A stretch of DNA of 32,000 bases from Cylindrospermopsis raciborskii Cr2010. GTDB taxonomy: Bacteria; Cyanobacteriota; Cyanobacteriia; Cyanobacteriales; Nostocaceae. Positions 14,289-24,358 of the stretch are shown here, in pieces. Position 1 is the stretch's first letter, and each line of letters begins with the position of its first letter. The notes below the pieces were generated by a model, which was not told where the DNA came from, ran no database searches, and saw nothing but the letters and a program-made list of their open reading frames with translations. Position numbers and translations under genes: made by a program. The stretch is taken from positions 2,730,001 to 2,762,000 of the forward strand of contig NZ_CP065936.1 of assembly GCF_003367075.2 (NCBI RefSeq), given 5' to 3'.

Positions 14289-16490
14289 TTAAAGTCCACC
14301 GACAACAGGTTCCATTAATAGAATATAAGCACCCCAGAACTGAGCAATCAGTGCTATTACTGTTGACCAGATGGGATGGTGACCATAAATAATCTTACCA
14401 TTTATGGTTTCTAAACTGTGAACATCAACCCAGGGTGTAGCTCCCCGTCGTAACCAACCCGTTAGGGTAATCTGCTCTCCCATTAGTTTTCGCCAGGTCG
14501 GGAACCATACATGGTGTAATTTGATTAAACCAATTTCCGATTCCAAAATTAGATCCTGACCTACACAGTTACCAGAACCCCTCCTACCCAAAAGTCTACC
14601 GGAGATTCGGATGTTGAGGCTATTAATTGGTAGAACTACAGGGTTAGTTAGGAATTTTAGCATTTGTTTTTCACTGTTTAGGTTCTCCGGTTTAATTCCG
14701 GGAAACAAGGCGTTTAACCTCACAATTGTGCCAATACTAAATCCAATCATTAAGAATCCTACCAAAAAAGACCACCCATCATAAATCCATTTTAAGTGAA
14801 ACAGCTCCAACCCATAACCTATTTGCCAAGTTAACCACAGTATCACCCCCATTCCTAAACCTATAGGGATTCCTAAAAATGGGGCGATTTGTAATAAAAA
14901 TGACTGCATTGTTATCTGGGGTGAATTTGGTTTCATCGGGTACAGTTCTGTATCTAAGTACCACTGGTGAGCAATTTGACACAGATTTTCCAGGCGATCG
15001 CCCAGGAGGGGATGGCTATTATTTAGTGTAAACCATTGGCGGTATGGTTGATTGTTTTCCCATATTAATAATGATTCCCAGGTGAATTGACCAGCAGTAC
15101 TGCCTAAAAAAAGGCTGTGTTTATAATCTACAGGAGCAACTATATTTAAACTTTCTAGTTCCCAGCTTGTCTGTTGTTGATTTTTAATGTTTCTGGCTAT
15201 GCCAATGGTATTCTTTAACAGGGCGCGAATTAGTCCATTGGGATTTCCCGTCATTTCTACTGCCTGGCGATCGCTATTTTTGAAACGTAGGCGAGAATTA
15301 ATGAAGGTTGTAGCGGTAAACAAACTCCAGATTCCATAACTCACACTACCCAACCCTGTGGTAATCCAGTGCCATAATATATTTTGATTTTTAGTTGACC
15401 AGATGGCTGTTTGCTGATAAATTAGGTAAAATGGTAGACTTATTAAAACAGCTAAGGACATAATCCCCAAACCCCAGGAGTCAATTTGCCCTAGGGCGAG
15501 GGCATAAACTGTCCCTATTTCATCCTCTGCTAGTTGTGTGAGCATTCCTTGGCTGACCACGATTCTGGCAGTCTGAGGTAGGTTTCCATAGGTAAATATA
15601 ATTGGTACTGTTAGGGGTAGGATTTTTAGTTGAGGTAGGGGGAACTTTCTCAGTTGACAGGTTCTTTGGATAATCCTTACAGACTCTCGACTGTATCGGT
15701 GTAAAGCTTCCTTGGAAAATGGCTGTTGGTGATAGAATTTTGCCAGTAATCCATCCAATAACCAAGGAGACATCATAAATAATAACAGGAATAATAAGCT
15801 AGTTAAAATCAATAAAGTTGGGTTTACATATAAAAAAGGCAATGGATCTACATAAGGCAATCTATGTAAAACCTCATTCATTGAAATAAATATCAGGCTG
15901 ATCACAAATTGCCAAATAAAAAATAAGGCCATCATAGTGATCATTCCTGGAATTGCAAAACGGATAAAGTGGTACTTCCGCAACGGTTGCCACACTTTAG
16001 CCCGTTTAGCCTGTCGCCAATAAATACTTGCTGTTTCTATGTTAGGACTATTAGCAATATTTGATTTAGTATTGGTACGCTCAACCTGATCAGAGTCCTC
16101 ATAATCTTCATTAGATATGGTTTGTTTTGAATCTACTAAATGGCGGTCATTCTGTAAATTATACTGAGCAACTAAACGAGACTGTTTAGCTTGTTGTCTT
16201 TGTTGCCGCTTAATTAAATGTTCAATAGCAACCTTTGCCCATTGTTGTACCTGGGAATTAGTTGGTTGAGCATTATCATTACCAACTAAAGTCCTACACA
16301 CAGCGATCGCCTTAGAAAGTTCCCCTGTGTGTGCATAAGCCATAACTAGACCCACTTGAGCCTGTAACTTAATATGATGGTTATCTGGTCTATTCACAAT
16401 AGGCACAAGACTACTAATTGCCGCGTAGTAACTGCCTTGTTTAAGAGCAGACAAACCCTTCTCTAGAGAGGACTTTTGGGATGGAACCAT
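14289..16490 (-). CDS. Large polytopic membrane protein with an M48 (HtpX/Ste24)-like core lacking the HExxH zinc site; the N-terminus is TPR-like
   Basis: [32 protein letters not shown] aligns by eye with HtpX [59 protein letters not shown] aligns with [28 protein letters not shown]. Codons 15486-15500 read L-A-L-G-Q where HExxH is expected. Confidence 0.65.
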   Translation of the reverse strand: [733 protein letters not shown]

Positions 16491-16529
16491 AGGAGGAGTA
16501 GGAAAGAGTAAAAGAGCGATCGCTGGGGA

Positions 16530-18155
16530 TTATTCGACAGTTTGCCCAGCGGAGAACACTGGTGCAATTGAGCTGAGTTTTAACTCTGGATGGTCTCCTT
16601 GTAATTGTTGACAGTTCCACTCGTTACGGAATAGTAAAACGGGTCTTCCCATAGAATCCTTCACCGTAATAGTATTAAATAAACGTCCTACCTTATTCAA
16701 AGTATCCCAACCACCATCTACCCATCGAGCTACGGTATATGGCAATAGGTCAAGGATCGTTTCCACACCATACTCATTTTGTAGTCGGAACTGAACAACC
16801 TCAAATTGTAACTGACCAACTGCTGCCAAAATCGGATCTCGTTTAGCCTCATCCGTTGAATACATAATTTGTACAGCACCTTCTTCTCTTAACTCAGAAA
16901 CACCTTTTTGAAATTGCTTGAATTTTGATGGGTTAGGATTTCTTAAGGTGGCAAAAAGTTCTGGAGAAAAATAGGGAATTCCCTCATATTCTAGCTTTTG
17001 TCCCGTATAAATTGTATCCCCAATAGCAAACACACCGGGATTATTTAACCCAATCACATCACCCGGGTAAGCGACATCTATAGATTCTCTTTCCTGGGCA
17101 AAAAGTTTCTGAGGTCGAGATAGACGAACTGCTTTACCTGTGCGAGCATGATTGACTGTCATATCTTTTTCAAATTTGCCTGTGCAAACCCGGACAAAAG
17201 CGACTCTATCTCTATGTTTAGGGTCCATATTGGCTTGCAGTTTAAATACAAAACCCGTAAACTCTGGGTAAGTCGGTGCAATTTTACCTGCGCTGCTGTG
17301 ATGATCTCCAGGTTTGAGGGCATATTCTAAAAAGCATTTAAGAAACAACTCCACCCCGAAATTGGTCATAGCACTGCCAAAAAATATGGGAGTCATTTTT
17401 CCCTGGTGGACTAAATCTAAATCCAGTTCTTCGCCAGCACCTTCCAGCAATTCTAACTCATCCTTGAGTTGGTGGTAAAGATCCTGATCTAACAATTCCT
17501 GAATTTTAGCATCTCCCAGATTGACCATTGTACTGCGAGCTTCCTTACTTCCATGGGCGCTCCGTTCAAATAGATGGATCTGGTTATGGTTACGGTCAAA
17601 TACCCCTTTAAATCTATCTCCCATACCTATGGGCCAATTTACGGCGTATGTCTGTAAACCCAATTCCTGTTCAATTTCATCCAATAATTCCAGAGGTTCT
17701 CTCCCGGGACGGTCAAGTTTATTGACAAAGGTAAATATGGGAATACCTCTTAATTTACATACTTCAAACAGTTTACGAGTTTGAGGTTCTAGACCCTTCG
17801 CAGCATCAATTAACATTACCGCATTATCAGCTGCTGCTAAAGTTCTATAAGTGTCCTCACTAAAATCTTGGTGTCCAGGGGTATCCAGCAAGTTAATTTG
17901 ACAGCTATGATAGACAAATTGTAAAACTGTAGAGGTAATAGAAATACCCCGTTGTTGTTCCATAGCCATCCAGTCAGAAGTCACCTTACGTTGGTCTCTT
18001 CGAGCTTTAACCGCCCCAGCTTCATGAATAGCACCCCCGTATAATAACAGTTTTTCTGTCAGAGTAGTTTTACCAGCATCCGGGTGAGAAATAATGGCAA
18101 AATTGCGCCGTTGCTCTACTGCTTGACTCAGTTCTTCAGTTAGTTCAATTGTCAT
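16530..18155 (-). CDS. prfC: Peptide chain release factor 3 (translational GTPase)
   Basis: [35 protein letters not shown] (G1), DTPGHQDF (G3) and NKLD (G4). The 541-aa length and overall pattern are typical of RF3. Confidence 0.92.
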   Translation of the reverse strand: MTIELTEELSQAVEQRRNFAIISHPDAGKTTLTEKLLLYGGAIHEAGAVKARRDQRKVTSDWMAMEQQRGISITSTVLQFVYHSCQINLLDTPGHQDFSEDTYRTLAAADNAVMLIDAAKGLEPQTRKLFEVCKLRGIPIFTFVNKLDRPGREPLELLDEIEQELGLQTYAVNWPIGMGDRFKGVFDRNHNQIHLFERSAHGSKEARSTMVNLGDAKIQELLDQDLYHQLKDELELLEGAGEELDLDLVHQGKMTPIFFGSAMTNFGVELFLKCFLEYALKPGDHHSSAGKIAPTYPEFTGFVFKLQANMDPKHRDRVAFVRVCTGKFEKDMTVNHARTGKAVRLSRPQKLFAQERESIDVAYPGDVIGLNNPGVFAIGDTIYTGQKLEYEGIPYFSPELFATLRNPNPSKFKQFQKGVSELREEGAVQIMYSTDEAKRDPILAAVGQLQFEVVQFRLQNEYGVETILDLLPYTVARWVDGGWDTLNKVGRLFNTITVKDSMGRPVLLFRNEWNCQQLQGDHPELKLSSIAPVFSAGQTVE

Positions 18156-18187
18156 AGTTGTTAGTAAGCTTAACTTGAGATATTATT

Positions 18188-18742
18188 TTACTTAAGACGT
18201 TTATGCAAAAAAAACTGTCGGGAGGGTAAGAAAAAATCCTGCCAACTGGACTCCACCCTATAGATTTCATATCCCATCTTCAAGTATAGCTTCCTAGCTT
18301 GATGATTTTTTTCCAAAACATGAAGATAAATGTCTTGAAATCCCCAACTTTTACACACTTGTTCACAACTAGTTAGTAAACTAGAACCCAAACCATATCT
18401 CCGATATCTTGGATCAACAGCCAAGTTAGACACATAAGGCGATAACCTGTTGTAGTTTGTCCAGCTATGGACAAATCGCACTCCCAGTTCTACTGTGCCA
18501 AGAACCTGATGGTTACCTGACTGGCTGGTATGGATAGCGACTAAACAAGTCTGGTGAGGCATTAATGTTTGGAGACGGTATCTGAGATCTTCATAAATGC
18601 CAATTTTAAACAATGGGAAGGCCCATCCCCATAAACCATTCTGGGAATAAAAGCTTTCGGTTATTATTTGGGCAATTCCAGACAAATCACTAGAAGTGGC
18701 CACACGAACTTGCCAATCACAAGCGTTTAAACTCACAAGCAT
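18188..18742 (-). CDS. GNAT-family N-acetyltransferase
   Basis: The acetyl-CoA binding motif A is VDPRYRRYGLGSSLL (R/QxxGxG/A), followed by LHVLEKNHQARKLYLKMGY. Confidence 0.75.
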   Translation of the reverse strand: MLVSLNACDWQVRVATSSDLSGIAQIITESFYSQNGLWGWAFPLFKIGIYEDLRYRLQTLMPHQTCLVAIHTSQSGNHQVLGTVELGVRFVHSWTNYNRLSPYVSNLAVDPRYRRYGLGSSLLTSCEQVCKSWGFQDIYLHVLEKNHQARKLYLKMGYEIYRVESSWQDFFLPSRQFFLHKRLK

Positions 18743-18791
18743 TTAAGGGAGATGTCATTGTATTATCAATGTTGTTGAGATTCCTGGGAAC

Positions 18792-20801
18792 ATGAACCAA
18801 TTAAAATATTGTCAGCAATTGTTTGTTAGTCCACAGTGGTTATTTGGTAATATTACCAATCCAGATAATAATACACAGGATGACTCGTGTATAGTAGTTG
18901 TGGATTGTCGATTTTCCCTGACGGATCCCCTACTGGGAAGGAGTCAATACCAGATGGGTCACATACCAGGTGCTTACTACTTGGATTTAAACCAAGATTT
19001 GTCTGGTGCGGTTGGTCAACATGGGGGAAGACACCCTTTACCAGATGTGTCTATTTTGGCTGATAAGCTGGCACAAATGGGGATTAATCATGGGGAATCT
19101 TTGGTAGTCGCTTATGATGATTCTCGATTGGCATTTGCATCTCGACTATGGTGGCTATTACGTTACCTAGGCCACGAAAATGTGGCCGTTTTAGATGGCG
19201 GTTTTTCCGGATGGCAAAGTTTGGGTTACCCCATCTCTAATATACCATCTACCATACCGGGAACCAGGGGAAATTTTACTCCCCACCCACAAGCAACAAA
19301 AATTGTGGATTTTAATTATGTTAAACATTATGTAGAACAAATTAATCAGTCTACACTAACAGAAAACAAACCAGTTTTAATAGACGCAAGGGAAGGCGAT
19401 CGCTATCGTGGGGAAAGGGAACCCATTGATCCAATTGCTGGTCATATTCCGGGTGCTATAAATTACCCTTGGCAAGGGGTAACAAATGGCCAGGGCTATT
19501 TAGTGTCAGAACAAGGAGAAAGATGGCAAGCAATAGCAAATAGTCCGGAAATCATTGTTTATTGTGGTTCAGGTGTCACCGCTTGTGTTAATTTGCTATC
19601 CTTAGAAATAGCGGGAATTTCCACTGCTAAACTTTATCCTGGTAGTTGGAGTGATTGGATTAGTTATCAGACAAACAATATGTTTTCTTTTATTCGCCCG
19701 GATTTATCCGAATTCACATCTTATAAACCTCATCCCAGCAGTGATACGTTAGAACCAGTAAAGACTGAACTGGATAGGCTTGATACTAATGAAAGTCCTT
19801 ACGATTTGCCACAGGAAATTAAGAAAAAACTGGCTGAGACTTTTCAACACACTATAGAGTCTAATCGCTATCCCGATGGGGGGCACGAAGCACTAAAAGC
19901 GGAAATAGCTCAATATGTGAGTGAATCCGCTGGTCTATCTTCTGATTCTTTCAGTGCTGTTAACATTTCTGTGGGTAATGGTTCGGATGAGTTAATTCGT
20001 TCCCTACTAATTTCCACCTGTTTGGGAGGAGCAGGCTCTATTTTGGTTGCCAATCCTACCTTCTCCATGTACGCTATCCTGGCACAAACTTTGGGTATTT
20101 CCGTAGTTAGTGTGGGTAGGAACCATGATCACTTTGAAATGGACTTAGCTGCTGCTCAAACAGCTTTAAAAGGAGCAAATCCCCCCGTGCGGGCGGTTTT
20201 TGTTGTCCATCCTAACTCTCCCACCGCCAACTGCTTGACCATATCAGAGTTAAATTGGTTGCAAGGTTTACCACCGGACATATTAGTGGTTATTGATGAG
20301 GCTTATTTTGAATTCAGTCAAAACACCCTGGTAGAAAAATTAATCAAACATCCTAATTGGGTAATTTTACGGACATTTTCCAAAGCTTTTCGACTGGCCG
20401 CCATGCGGGTAGGTTATTGTGTAGGTCATCCCCAAGTAATTTCTATTTTAGAAAAGGTTCGTCTACCCTATAATTTACCGAGTTTTTCCTTAGCTGGTGC
20501 TTTGGTGGCACTACAAAATCGCCAACTTTTACTGAGTTCTATCGTTGAAACTCTCACAGAAAGAGATAAATTGATTCGAGATTTATCCACACACCCCATT
20601 TTAGAGGTAGTTCCCAGTAATACTAATTTTATTTATGTCCGGTTAAAACACAATCATTCCCCCGATGGAGTGTTAAAAACCATCAGTCAGAAATTAAGGA
20701 GTCAAGGTACTCTAATTAGATTATTACCTGGTGGATTACGAATCACCATAGGGACACCCGAGGAAAATGCCCGCACATTGAACAGACTTGGGCAAATCTG
20801 A
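18792..20801 (+). CDS. hisC: Fusion ORF: tandem-rhodanese sulfurtransferase (aa 1 to about 290) joined without a stop to histidinol-phosphate aminotransferase (aa 297-669)
   Basis: The rhodanese part has the active-site loop YCGSGVTAC (Cys258) and ends in GSWSDW. The HisC part opens [17 protein letters not shown]...LDTNESPY (ATG 19680), with [17 protein letters not shown]-lysine [16 protein letters not shown] and [10 protein letters not shown]. The codons across the junction, caa aca aac aat atg (19668-19682), contain no stop. Confidence 0.85.
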   Translation: MNQLKYCQQLFVSPQWLFGNITNPDNNTQDDSCIVVVDCRFSLTDPLLGRSQYQMGHIPGAYYLDLNQDLSGAVGQHGGRHPLPDVSILADKLAQMGINHGESLVVAYDDSRLAFASRLWWLLRYLGHENVAVLDGGFSGWQSLGYPISNIPSTIPGTRGNFTPHPQATKIVDFNYVKHYVEQINQSTLTENKPVLIDAREGDRYRGEREPIDPIAGHIPGAINYPWQGVTNGQGYLVSEQGERWQAIANSPEIIVYCGSGVTACVNLLSLEIAGISTAKLYPGSWSDWISYQTNNMFSFIRPDLSEFTSYKPHPSSDTLEPVKTELDRLDTNESPYDLPQEIKKKLAETFQHTIESNRYPDGGHEALKAEIAQYVSESAGLSSDSFSAVNISVGNGSDELIRSLLISTCLGGAGSILVANPTFSMYAILAQTLGISVVSVGRNHDHFEMDLAAAQTALKGANPPVRAVFVVHPNSPTANCLTISELNWLQGLPPDILVVIDEAYFEFSQNTLVEKLIKHPNWVILRTFSKAFRLAAMRVGYCVGHPQVISILEKVRLPYNLPSFSLAGALVALQNRQLLLSSIVETLTERDKLIRDLSTHPILEVVPSNTNFIYVRLKHNHSPDGVLKTISQKLRSQGTLIRLLPGGLRITIGTPEENARTLNRLGQI

Positions 20802-20811
20802 GAGAAATACT

Positions 20812-21702
20812 ATGGATTTTCTACCCCAGGTCACAAAAGATGGTTCCCTCACTTTTTTCTCTGGAGAGTTTCAAGAGTCTTTCCACAGTCTTTATGGTGC
20901 TAAACAGGAGAGTTTTCTCAAGTTTGTGATTCCCACTCAAGTACCCCTATTCGCCCAAACAGGAAATGTTAAAATTTTAGATGTTTGTTACGGATTAGGT
21001 TACAACACCGCCGTAGCGTTACAATCTATTTGGGGAGAAAATCCCAATTGTCGGATAGAGGTTATAGGTTTAGAGTCGGATCCTCTGGTTCCCCAAGCCG
21101 CAATTTGTCACAATGTTTTTGCCGATTGGCATCAAGAGCATAAACTAATTTTGAGGGAGATTGCCTTTAAACACTGTTATCAAGATGATAATTTAAGTGT
21201 TAGACTAGTTATAAATGACGGGAGAAAATCCATTCAGGAGGTATTTTCCTCTGGTTTTTTAGCAGATGTGATTTTTCTAGATCCTTTTTCTCCACCCCAT
21301 TGTCCCCAACTATGGACTGTAGAGTTTATTAAAAAGGTTGCTCTTTGCTTGCAACCAGGTGGATTGCTGGCAACTTACTCGTGTGCTGCTGCTGTTCGTA
21401 CAGCTTTAATGTCTGCTGGATTGATAATTGGCTCTACCACTCCTGTGGGAAGACGCACTCCAGGAACCATTGCTGGTTATGCTCCACATCAGCACAAGTA
21501 CATCACAGAAACTTATCCCCTGGGTGCAGCAGAAATAGAACACTTAAAAACCCGTGCGGCCATTCCCTATCGTGACCCTCAACTTCAAGACCAAGCTCCT
21601 GATATCATGAAACGACGAGAACAGGAAGTTCTCACATCTACTCTAGAATCTACTTCTCAGTGGAGAAAAAGATGGCTGACAAATCACCCCCCAACTCAAT
21701 AA
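20812..21702 (+). CDS. MnmC C-terminal-like / MnmD-type SAM-dependent methyltransferase (DUF752, tRNA mnm5s2U34 pathway family)
   Basis: TKDGSLTFFSGEFQESFHSLYGAKQES, ILDVCYGLGYNT (SAM motif I) and FLDPFSPPHCPQLWTVEFIKKVALCLQPGGLLATYSCAAAVR are typical of the MnmC methyltransferase-domain family. ATG 20812 lies 10 nt after the hisC stop. The track's TTG at 20788 is less likely. Confidence 0.7.
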   Translation: MDFLPQVTKDGSLTFFSGEFQESFHSLYGAKQESFLKFVIPTQVPLFAQTGNVKILDVCYGLGYNTAVALQSIWGENPNCRIEVIGLESDPLVPQAAICHNVFADWHQEHKLILREIAFKHCYQDDNLSVRLVINDGRKSIQEVFSSGFLADVIFLDPFSPPHCPQLWTVEFIKKVALCLQPGGLLATYSCAAAVRTALMSAGLIIGSTTPVGRRTPGTIAGYAPHQHKYITETYPLGAAEIEHLKTRAAIPYRDPQLQDQAPDIMKRREQEVLTSTLESTSQWRKRWLTNHPPTQ

Positions 21703-21754
21703 AAGATAAAACTATTTAAGTCTACATTTAAACTCAGTTAAAACTTGACAATTC

Positions 21755-24202
21755 ATGATAGCAACGGAAACTTTAGAATTATTAGAATGGTCTAGGCTTT
21801 GTCAACATCTTTCTAGCTTTGCTGCAACCAAGTTAGGTACAATAGTTACTCGCTCCTTACCAATTCCATCCACACTGGAGGAAAGTGAAGGGTTATTGTG
21901 CCAAACCAAGGAGGTGTATCAGTTAGAAAGCCAACTGATTTCAGGATTATCTTTTGAGGGAATTCAAGATATTGGTGATTCCCTAGAAAGAGCTGAACTT
22001 CATGGTTTGTTATCAAGTGAAGAACTGTTGGCTATAGCTACTACCTTAGCAGGAGCAAGAAATTTACGTCGAGTAATTGATAATCAGGAAGATTTACCCA
22101 TTCTCTGTAATTTGGTCTCCCAATTGCGAACTTATCCTGAGTTAGAGCAGGAAATTCATCACTGTATCGATGAGCGGGCCCAGATTGCAGACCGCGCTAG
22201 TCAAAAATTGTCTGAAATCCGCGAGGATTTACGTAAATTACGTAGTCAAATTACCCAGAAACTCCATAATATTATTCAAGTTAAGTCTAATGCTCTACAG
22301 GAACTGATTATTACTCAAAGAGGCGATCGCTATGTATTGCCTGTGAAAGCAGTACAAAAAGATGCAGTTCCTGGAATTGTTCACGACTCTTCTACTAGTG
22401 GTGCTACCTTGTATATTGAACCCAATAGTATTGTTTCTATGGGCAACCAATTGCGTCAAACCTTAAAACGAGAACAGGTAGAAATAGAAGCCATACTGAG
22501 GATATTAACTACAAAAGTAGCAGAAGTAAAACCGGATCTAGAAAAGTTACTAGCCATTGTCACCACTATAGATGTAGCTGCAGCTAAAGCTAGATATAGT
22601 CTTTGGATAGAGGGTAATCCGCCTAGATTGATTCACCCTTCCATACCAGGAGGTTCATCTTCCGAAATTATCACTCTGCGGCAATTACGTCATCCCTTGT
22701 TAGTTTGGCAACAAAAACACGAACAGGGACATCCAGTGGTTCCAGTAGACTTACTAATTAGTCCCCATATTAAAGTTGTCACTATTACTGGACCAAATAC
22801 CGGTGGTAAAACTGTAACCTTGAAAACTTTGGGTTTGGCCGCATTAATGGCTAAAGTAGGTTTATTTATTCCCGCACGTGAACCGGTGGAAATACCCTGG
22901 TTTAGTCACGTTTTAGCTGATATTGGAGATGAACAGTCCTTGGCACAAAGTTTATCCACCTTTTCTGGTCATATTCGTCGCATTAGTCGCATTTTAAATG
23001 CTATTGGCGAAGAAAGACAGTCCTCACCCTACCAAACCAGTCATTCCCTGATTCTTTTGGACGAAGTAGGAGCAGGTACTGATCCAGTGGAAGGTAGCGC
23101 CCTGGCGATCGCACTGTTGAAATATCTTGGAGATCATGCTCAATTAACCATTGCCACTACACACTTTGGGGAATTAAAATCCTTAAAATATGAGGATATT
23201 CGTTTTGAAAATGCCTCAGTAGAATTTAATGAAACCACCCTTTCCCCCACCTACAGATTATTGTGGGGGATTCCGGGACGTTCTAATGCGCTGGCCATAG
23301 CTTTGCGGTTGGGGTTAAAACCAGAGGTAGTGGAGAATGCTAAAAGCCAACTAGGAGAAACAACGGATGAAGTTAATCAAGTAATTGCAGGACTAGAAGC
23401 TCAAAGACGGAGTCAGGAAACAAAAGCTGCAGCGGCCCAGGAACTACTCAAGCAGACGGAGAAATTATACAAAGAAGTTTCCCAGAGAGCCACAGCGTTA
23501 GAAGAAAGGGAAAAAGATCTGCGAGCTTCCCAAGAGATAGCGGTACAGAAAGCCATTACTCAAGCCAAGGGAGAAATTGCCCAGGTAATTCGCCAGCTCC
23601 AACAAGGTAAACCCACAGCTCAAGATGCACAAAAAGCAACTAAGTTACTAACTGAAATTGCGGATAAATACCAACCGGTAGCTCCCCCAAAAGTGAAACA
23701 AGGATTTATCCCCGAACCTGGTGAAAGGGTGCGCATACCTAAATTAGGGCAAACTGCCCAGGTAATATCTGCTGCGGATGGAAATGGGGAATTGACAGTG
23801 CGATTTGGAATGATGAAAATGACGGTAAACCTGGAGGATGTGGAATCCCTAGATGGGGAAAAACCATTAGTACCCAGCAAAACCAAGGTCCCACTTGCTG
23901 TAGTTTCTGGGCAAAAACAAGAACTTATAGCAGCATCATCAACATCGACTGAGAATTTAGAGATGCGCACATCCAAAAATACTGTTGATTTACGCGGAAA
24001 AAGGGTAGGGGATGCTGAATATATCTTAGACCAAGTTATTTCCCAAGCAGCAGGACCAGTATGGATTATTCATGGACATGGAACTGGTAAACTAAAACAA
24101 GGAGTTCATGAGTTCTTGCAACAGCACCCTAGGGTCAGTCATTATGAAGCAGCATCCCGGGTGGACGGTGGTACTGGTGTAACTATCGCCCATATCAAAT
24201 AG
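21755..24202 (+). CDS. mutS2: MutS2 (MutS paralogue with a C-terminal Smr nuclease domain)
   Basis: Walker A TGPNTGGKT, LLDEVGAGTDP and TTHFGELK, then a long coiled-coil linker, a KOW-like segment and the Smr domain DLRGKRVGDAEYILDQ...IIHGHGTGKLKQGVHEFL. Confidence 0.92.
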   Translation: MIATETLELLEWSRLCQHLSSFAATKLGTIVTRSLPIPSTLEESEGLLCQTKEVYQLESQLISGLSFEGIQDIGDSLERAELHGLLSSEELLAIATTLAGARNLRRVIDNQEDLPILCNLVSQLRTYPELEQEIHHCIDERAQIADRASQKLSEIREDLRKLRSQITQKLHNIIQVKSNALQELIITQRGDRYVLPVKAVQKDAVPGIVHDSSTSGATLYIEPNSIVSMGNQLRQTLKREQVEIEAILRILTTKVAEVKPDLEKLLAIVTTIDVAAAKARYSLWIEGNPPRLIHPSIPGGSSSEIITLRQLRHPLLVWQQKHEQGHPVVPVDLLISPHIKVVTITGPNTGGKTVTLKTLGLAALMAKVGLFIPAREPVEIPWFSHVLADIGDEQSLAQSLSTFSGHIRRISRILNAIGEERQSSPYQTSHSLILLDEVGAGTDPVEGSALAIALLKYLGDHAQLTIATTHFGELKSLKYEDIRFENASVEFNETTLSPTYRLLWGIPGRSNALAIALRLGLKPEVVENAKSQLGETTDEVNQVIAGLEAQRRSQETKAAAAQELLKQTEKLYKEVSQRATALEEREKDLRASQEIAVQKAITQAKGEIAQVIRQLQQGKPTAQDAQKATKLLTEIADKYQPVAPPKVKQGFIPEPGERVRIPKLGQTAQVISAADGNGELTVRFGMMKMTVNLEDVESLDGEKPLVPSKTKVPLAVVSGQKQELIAASSTSTENLEMRTSKNTVDLRGKRVGDAEYILDQVISQAAGPVWIIHGHGTGKLKQGVHEFLQQHPRVSHYEAASRVDGGTGVTIAHIK

Positions 24203-24358
24203 GCAAAACTTAAAAACTTCTCACAATTAAGACAATAAATTTTCATTTCCCATAAAACCAAGACCTATTCTCTTGTTTAAACTGGGTAGTTGAGTCAACC
24301 AAAACCAATCAATCTTTGTTGTTGTCATGCTTGATAGCTTTTATTTACCGGATCACCT

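Noticed and set aside
20788-20811. A TTG start at 20788 for the MnmC-like gene, overlapping the hisC end by 14 nt.
   Set aside because: ATG 20812 lies 10 nt after the hisC stop, and the conserved N-terminal block (LPQVTKDGSLTF) begins right after it. The TTG is an artefact of longest-ORF calling.
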